Assembly (NCBI GenBank): GCA_963715745.1
Contig: OY970271.1
Coordinates: forward strand, 499,129 to 563,128
DNA: 64,000 bases
Origin: an uncultured Ignavibacteriales bacterium
GTDB lineage: Bacteria; Bacteroidota; Ignavibacteria; Ignavibacteriales; Ignavibacteriaceae
Reading direction: 5' to 3'
In this document: one piece after another, positions 58,931-64,000 of the stretch
Numbering within the stretch: position 1 is the first letter of the stretch
How the letters are laid out: every line of letters begins with the position of its first letter
Translations under genes and position numbers: made by a program
The notes under the pieces: generated by a model
Databases searched by the model: none
Seen by the model: the letters and a program-made list of their open reading frames with translations, nothing else
What the model was told of the DNA's origin: nothing

Positions 58931-60625
58931 ATGTTTAATGAAAGAATGAGATTTTTTAAAACCATATTAATTTTAATCTTACTGCAGGTAGTATTATTCG
59001 GACAGGATCATCATAGCTGGACATATAATAAGGTTATTTATGAAGTGAATGTCCGGCAATATACTAATTCAGGAACATTTGCTGAATTTGAAACACATCT
59101 GAACAGGTTAAAAGATCTCGGAGCCGGAATTATTTGGTTTATGCCGATTCACCCGATCGGTATCGTGAACAGGCTTGGTACTCTTGGCAGCTATTATTCT
59201 GTGAAAGATTATTATGGTGTCAATGCTGAATTCGGAACACTTGATGATTTCAAAGCACTCGTAGATTCAATTCACGCAAAGGGAATGTATGTATTAATGG
59301 ACTGGGTTGCGAATCATACTTCATGGGACAATAACTTAACAGTTACTCATCCCGAATGGTATGTTACAGATAGCCAGGGACATTTTATTCCACCGCCGGG
59401 AACGAACTGGACAGATGTGATTCAACTGGATTATAGCCAGCAGGGATTAAGAGATTATATGATTGATGCGATGAAGTACTGGATTAATGAAGCGGATATT
59501 GACGGATTCCGCTGTGATGCAGTTAGTTTTATGCCTCTCGATTTCTGGACGGAGGCAATAGCTGAATTGAAAAGTTTAAAGCCCGATATTTTTATGCTTG
59601 CTGAGGATGATGGTGCACAATACCAGTCCGCAGGTTTTGATATGACGTATGCCTGGGGCTATCATGGATTTGGAAACGGGATACTGAATAAAATAGTTGC
59701 CGGGACAAATAACGCAAATAACTTAAACGGTTATATTAATAACGAGAACTTATACTATTCGTCATCCCATTACAGGATGTATTTTACTTCTAATCATGAT
59801 GAAAATTCCTGGTATGGTACTGACTTCGAGCAATTTGGTGATGCCACTGAAGAATTTATTGTTCTTACTTCCAGCTTCAGAAGTATGCCGCTTATTTACA
59901 ACGGTGAAGAAGCGGGACTAAATCACAGACTATTATTTTTTGATAAGGATGAAATTATCTGGCAGCCTCATCCTTTTGCAAATATATATTCAGCATTATT
60001 TAATCTTAAAAAAGTTAATAAAGCTTTGTGGAATGGAGACGATGGCGGACAGTTGCGGCGGATTTTAACATCGAATAATCCTTCAATATTTGCTTTCATA
60101 AGAGAAAAAGAAAACTGCAGGGTGTTCGAAATGTTTAACCTGACAAGTGCTGAACAGACATTTACTCTGGAAGGGAATTCCTACTCCGGCAATTATAGGA
60201 ATGCTTTTGGAAGCGATTCAGTTTATTTCAGTGAGAATAATGAAATCACACTTCCCGCGTGGGGTTACAAAGTTTATGAATACGGAAGCGGAATAACTTC
60301 AGTTGAAGATGAAAAAGAAGTTCCAAAACCATCCACATTTATTTTATTCCAGAACTATCCCAACCCGTTTAACCCAACAACAAAAATAAGATACTCGGTT
60401 CCATCTTCGGATAATCCCCTCCTGGGAGGGGCGAGGGGTGGGTTTGTTACTATAAAAGTTTATGATGTTTTAGGAAAAGAAGTGGCAACTCTGGTTAACG
60501 AAGAGAAACCAACCGGAAATTATGAAGTTGATTTTAATGCAGTAGGATTAGCAAGCGGAATATATTTTTATAAACTAACTGCCGGAACTTTCAATCAAAC
60601 AAAGAAGATGATTTTATTGAGATAA
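58931..60625 (+). CDS. GH13 alpha-amylase family enzyme with T9SS C-terminal sorting domain
   Basis: 564 aa with GH13 regions DWVANHTS, GFRCDAV, MLAED and FTSNHDE. The C-terminus NYPNPFNPTTKIRYSVP...KKMILLR carries a 12-aa repeat-derived insert. Confidence 0.9.
   Translation: MFNERMRFFKTILILILLQVVLFGQDHHSWTYNKVIYEVNVRQYTNSGTFAEFETHLNRLKDLGAGIIWFMPIHPIGIVNRLGTLGSYYSVKDYYGVNAEFGTLDDFKALVDSIHAKGMYVLMDWVANHTSWDNNLTVTHPEWYVTDSQGHFIPPPGTNWTDVIQLDYSQQGLRDYMIDAMKYWINEADIDGFRCDAVSFMPLDFWTEAIAELKSLKPDIFMLAEDDGAQYQSAGFDMTYAWGYHGFGNGILNKIVAGTNNANNLNGYINNENLYYSSSHYRMYFTSNHDENSWYGTDFEQFGDATEEFIVLTSSFRSMPLIYNGEEAGLNHRLLFFDKDEIIWQPHPFANIYSALFNLKKVNKALWNGDDGGQLRRILTSNNPSIFAFIREKENCRVFEMFNLTSAEQTFTLEGNSYSGNYRNAFGSDSVYFSENNEITLPAWGYKVYEYGSGITSVEDEKEVPKPSTFILFQNYPNPFNPTTKIRYSVPSSDNPLLGGARGGFVTIKVYDVLGKEVATLVNEEKPTGNYEVDFNAVGLASGIYFYKLTAGTFNQTKKMILLR
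60414..60443 (+). repeat. solo copy of the DUF559-element terminal repeat, in-frame inside the amylase CDS
   Basis: atcccctcctgggaggggcgaggggtgggt matches 21626-21655 with a 1-nt difference. It encodes NPLLGGARGG. Confidence 0.85.
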
Positions 60626-60630
60626 AAAAT

Positions 60631-61836
60631 TCACTCCAGCTTTATTGTTCTAAGGACTAACAAACTAAGCAAAGAAACTGCACTCATAATTAAAAAGGCG
60701 GCGGGATAACTGAATGAAGAAACAGTTAAGCCTGCTGCCCACACTGCCCCTGCCTCACAGCCGTTTGTTGCTGCCATATAAGTGCTGAACTGCGTTCCGC
60801 CGATTTTAGGATTTGTAAGGTCCATATAAAGCGCATAGGAGGAAGCGGTAAACAATCCCACAAACAAATACATTAAAGTAAATGCAGAAAGCAATAAAGT
60901 TGAATCCACAGCTTTGTTGAAATGAGCATATCCCGATATATAAATTATTGGAATAACAAAACCGGCAAGAAAAACAGCGACTGCATTTTTCCTTTTAATC
61001 TTATCAGAAACATAACCACCTACAAGACTCCCGGTAAACATTGCCAGAACCACCGGCACTGCGAAGAAAAATCCGATTGTTTCCTGGTCTACTTTCAAAT
61101 CAGTTAAGAATGGTCCTGCTAATCCTCCGGCTGCTTCAAATGCTGCTGCAGAAGTTAATGCAAATAATATTGCAATCCAGGTATTCTTTTTACTAAAACT
61201 TAAAACAAAATTCTTTTTAAATATTTCAAATCGGTTTTCCGAATCCTTGATTAACACAGGTTCTTCAACTAATAACAGAAGCAGCATGGTCGAAATGATT
61301 ACAAGTACAAGCAATGCAATCATATAATTTAATCCAAGAGAGTAAGCAATTATTAATGTCCCGCCTCCGAAAATGCTCCTGCCGATTAGCATACCTGCAT
61401 TCATAAAACCGTTGAGCTTTCCTCTTTCATTTTTTGCTATAACATTTATTACCATTGCATCGATTGAGACATCCTGTGTTGCCGCTGCCATTGAATGAAT
61501 AAAAAGAAAAATTCCCCAGATCAAAAAATTATTTTGTGGTGGAATAAATATTAAAGGAAGCAAAGCCAGACCCATTACCGACTGCGAAACAAATATCCAG
61601 AACCTGTAACCTCTTCTTTCATTTCTTAATGAATCTATTAAAGGAGCCCACAGGAATTTAAATATCCACGGGAATACAAGCAGTGCGACCAGTGAAGTGA
61701 TCGATTCGATTGAAACATTTTGTCTGCGAAGTAAAGTCGGCATTGCCCACCAGATAAAACCAATCGGCGCTCCTTCTGTAAGATAGAGCAGAGTTACTAA
61801 AGTTGTTCTTCCAGATTTTGTGCTGAGCAGATTCAC
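60631..61836 (-). CDS. MFS transporter, AmpG-like
   Basis: 401 aa with about 12 TM segments and LLYLTEGAPIGFIWWAMPTLLR. GTG start. Confidence 0.85.
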   Translation of the reverse strand: MNLLSTKSGRTTLVTLLYLTEGAPIGFIWWAMPTLLRRQNVSIESITSLVALLVFPWIFKFLWAPLIDSLRNERRGYRFWIFVSQSVMGLALLPLIFIPPQNNFLIWGIFLFIHSMAAATQDVSIDAMVINVIAKNERGKLNGFMNAGMLIGRSIFGGGTLIIAYSLGLNYMIALLVLVIISTMLLLLLVEEPVLIKDSENRFEIFKKNFVLSFSKKNTWIAILFALTSAAAFEAAGGLAGPFLTDLKVDQETIGFFFAVPVVLAMFTGSLVGGYVSDKIKRKNAVAVFLAGFVIPIIYISGYAHFNKAVDSTLLLSAFTLMYLFVGLFTASSYALYMDLTNPKIGGTQFSTYMAATNGCEAGAVWAAGLTVSSFSYPAAFLIMSAVSLLSLLVLRTIKLE

Positions 61837-62011
61837 ATTAATAATTTATGGATACAAATTGACATATGCTTCAATTTATAGTCATTATTAATTAGATGAA
61901 CACAACTATTTACGTATGTTAACTAAAACTTATTTATGGATAAGAATTTGATTTAAGAAATCCCTATTTTAATTACAGGCATAATCCAATTATCAGCGCA
62001 GGAAGGCTGAA

Positions 62012-62401
62012 ATGAAAAAGATATTTGTGTGGTTTCTTCTTGTGTCTTTTGTGAATCTTACCGGTTGTTATTCTTCTGAACTGCTTGCCCCGGCATCTTA
62101 TAAGTTTGATGAGAAGAAAGATATCAGAATCATTACCAGGGATACTACTTACAAATTCAGAGGATATCAATATCTTCTTGTAAATGACACACTATCGGCT
62201 ACCGGTGAAAATATCCGCATTACAGAAACAACTCCGGTTGAATCAACTATAAAAATACCTGTTGAAGATATGCAGATTGTTGAGGTAACTAAAGCAGAAT
62301 CGGGCAAAACAATTCTTGCAATTGCAGGGGGAGCTGCTGTTGTGGTTTTGTTGATTGGTTTTATATCACTGTCTAATTCTCACTGGGCGATAACTTTTTA
62401 G
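62012..62401 (+). CDS. lipoprotein with C-terminal TM segment, unknown function
   Basis: 129 aa with the lipobox NLTGC and a C-terminal hydrophobic segment AIAGGAAVVVLLIGFI. Confidence 0.6.
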   Translation: MKKIFVWFLLVSFVNLTGCYSSELLAPASYKFDEKKDIRIITRDTTYKFRGYQYLLVNDTLSATGENIRITETTPVESTIKIPVEDMQIVEVTKAESGKTILAIAGGAAVVVLLIGFISLSNSHWAITF

Positions 62402-62498
62402 GTAAACAGTGAGTCGCAGTTTTTTCCCTTAGTGAAAGATTCCTCCCGTCATAGACGAGGCAAGCATTGCATTCGGAATGACACTGCGTTTTAAAAGG

Positions 62499-62550
62499 AT
62501 GTCACGGACCATTCCGTGACATTACGTTCTGTCACGGTACGACCGTGACA
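62499..62550. repeat. two tandem family-B hairpins (TGTCACGG-loop-CCGTGACA)
   Basis: The hairpins are atgtcacggaccattccgtgacat (62499-62522) and tgtcacggtacgaccgtgaca (62530-62550). Confidence 0.8.
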
Positions 62551-62606
62551 GCCTCCGAAAAAATTAAGACTTACATCAGCAAAAAATGTGTCTTCCAGTA
62601 GTTGTA

Positions 62607-62757
62607 AGCAGTTCACACTTGCATTTTTCTACTACTCACAAGCACCTTTATTTTACTCACAGGCACTTTAAAAGTGCGCATTAGCATTTTAACTTTACTC
62701 ACAAACACTTGAAAAATACGCACAAGCATTTTAAACTAATTCACAGCCATTTTAATT
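62607..62757 (+). repeat. seven phased 19-23 bp direct repeats (iteron-like array), core TCACA(A/G)GCA(C/T)TTT
   Basis: Cores start at 62613, 62636, 62657, 62676, 62699, 62720 and 62741, giving spacings of 23, 21, 19, 23, 21 and 21. All are in the same orientation. Confidence 0.8.
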
Positions 62758-63171
62758 ATTGAACTGGTGAGCTGGGTTCTTCTTCCGTTAAGCTGTAAAA
62801 CTGGTAAACAAGCTAGTCTATTTCTTTATCAAGTCTTTCGTATTTACGGTGGAGATAGTTTTTGTATCTATCAGTTTTTGCTGAAAAAGATTAGTAATAC
62901 TGATATGTGACACCGGGAAAAAGGATTTTTTCGGAAAAAGAATATAGAATACTGAACAAGGAATATTGAATTTTGAATAATTTGATTTATATAATAATTA
63001 ATTCACATTTATTTCTTTCCCACATCCAAGAAAACCTCTTCATTTGCTTTCCTTTAATTGAAAAGAAAAGGCTTTAAACAGCTAAAAAACAGGCAATTTA
63101 GTGCGTAATTGTAATTAATTGTTATGGAATATTATTTGTCCTGTACAGACAAATTTCACAAGCAGGCATTA

Positions 63172-64000
63172 ATGTTCAATTCAATTGTACTTGTAAAACA
63201 GGTTCCCGATACTGCAAATATTCACGGGAAAGTTATGAAAGATGACGGCACTGTAAACCGTTCAAAGCTGCCTGCAATTTTTAACCATGAAGATAAACTT
63301 GCTCTTGAGTTAGCCCTCAGGATAAAAGAAACCTACGGAGGTAAAGTTACTGCAATAACAATGGGACCTCCGAGAGCCTCCGACGTTCTGCGCGAATGTC
63401 TGTTTATGGGCGCAGATGAAACCTACCTTATAAGTGACCGCAAGTTTGCCGGTGCTGATACCCTTGCTACTTCTTATGTGCTAAGCGAAGCAATTAAAAA
63501 AATCGGCAGCTTCCATTTAGTTTTTGCAGGCCGGCAGGCAATAGATGGGGACACAGCGCAGGTCGGCCCGCAAACTGCTGAAAAGTTAAATGTTCCACAG
63601 GTTACTTACGTTGAAGAAATTCTCGATCTCAATTCTGACAAGATAAAAATTAAAAAGAAAATTGATGGCGGGTACGAAGTTGTTGAAAGTACACTGCCTG
63701 TTTTGTTAACGGTGATGAAAGATGTTGCAGTCCCGCGTCCTTACAGTGCAAAGAGAGTAATGGCTTACAAGAATGCCAAATCACTTATGGATCTTGAAAA
63801 GCTTACAGAGGAGAACTCTCTGTTGTACATTGACAAGCTTGTTCACGAATACAAAGAGCGCGGGCTTCTTATTAATACATTAACAATGGACGATCTTCAG
63901 CTTGACCAGGAACGCTGTGGTTTGAAAGGATCGCCAACAAAAGTTTTTAAAGTTGAGTCTGTTGTCCTTGCAGGTGGAGGACACAAAAAAATTGAATCTT
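63172..64000 (+). CDS. etfB: electron transfer flavoprotein beta subunit (partial; runs off window end)
   Basis: Not in ORF track because there is no stop in the window. ATG 63172 gives MFNSIVLVKQVPDTANIHGKVMKDDGTVNRSKLPAIFNHEDKLALELALRIKETYGGKVTAITMGPP...FAGRQAIDGDTAQVGPQTAEKLNVPQVTYV. Confidence 0.9.
   Translation, partial: MFNSIVLVKQVPDTANIHGKVMKDDGTVNRSKLPAIFNHEDKLALELALRIKETYGGKVTAITMGPPRASDVLRECLFMGADETYLISDRKFAGADTLATSYVLSEAIKKIGSFHLVFAGRQAIDGDTAQVGPQTAEKLNVPQVTYVEEILDLNSDKIKIKKKIDGGYEVVESTLPVLLTVMKDVAVPRPYSAKRVMAYKNAKSLMDLEKLTEENSLLYIDKLVHEYKERGLLINTLTMDDLQLDQERCGLKGSPTKVFKVESVVLAGGGHKKIES

Noticed and set aside
62607-62757. Possibility that the tandem repeats are a CRISPR array
   Set aside because: The units are about 21 bp, contiguous and degenerate, with no unique spacers of CRISPR size. 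No cas genes are in the window.
63098-63115. Sigma54-like AGGCAATTTAGTGCG upstream of etfB
   Set aside because: The GG and GC elements are separated by 9 nt rather than the strictly required 10 nt.

Overview
AT-rich bacterial chromosomal segment. Gene content (T9SS-type C-terminal sorting domains ending KMILLR, DUF2723, GT9 enzymes) suggests an Ignavibacteria-like or other FCB-group organism; this is inference only. I support about 59 protein-coding loci and found no rRNA, tRNA or CRISPR array. The left 36 kb is mostly minus-strand: sigma54 response regulator, MsbA-like exporter, a DUF134/NifX-like/peroxiredoxin cluster, purEK, rsgA, a redox/stress cluster, and clpB-htpG-cbpA-hsp20 chaperones. 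The right 28 kb is mostly plus-strand: mnmE-mnmG-rsmG with two consensus parS sites, mfd, msrAB, DUF2723, rlmI, two T9SS proteins including a GH13 amylase, and the start of etfB. The most unusual region is 19.0-23.3 kb, between an aldo/keto reductase and rsgA. There, five unrelated small genes are each bracketed by decayed copies of the rsgA 5' end or by a 29-bp direct repeat from its upstream region. No recombinase gene is visible, so this looks like a stacked insertion hotspot. A 31-bp G-rich hairpin repeat forms inverted termini around a DUF559 endonuclease gene. The same repeat is inserted in-frame inside the amylase sorting domain. A 770-bp non-coding region upstream of etfB carries seven phased 21-bp direct repeats plus an eighth copy next to the etfB start. 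Other observations are a sigma54-type promoter candidate upstream of hsp20, two frameshifted genes, and two families of intergenic hairpin repeats.
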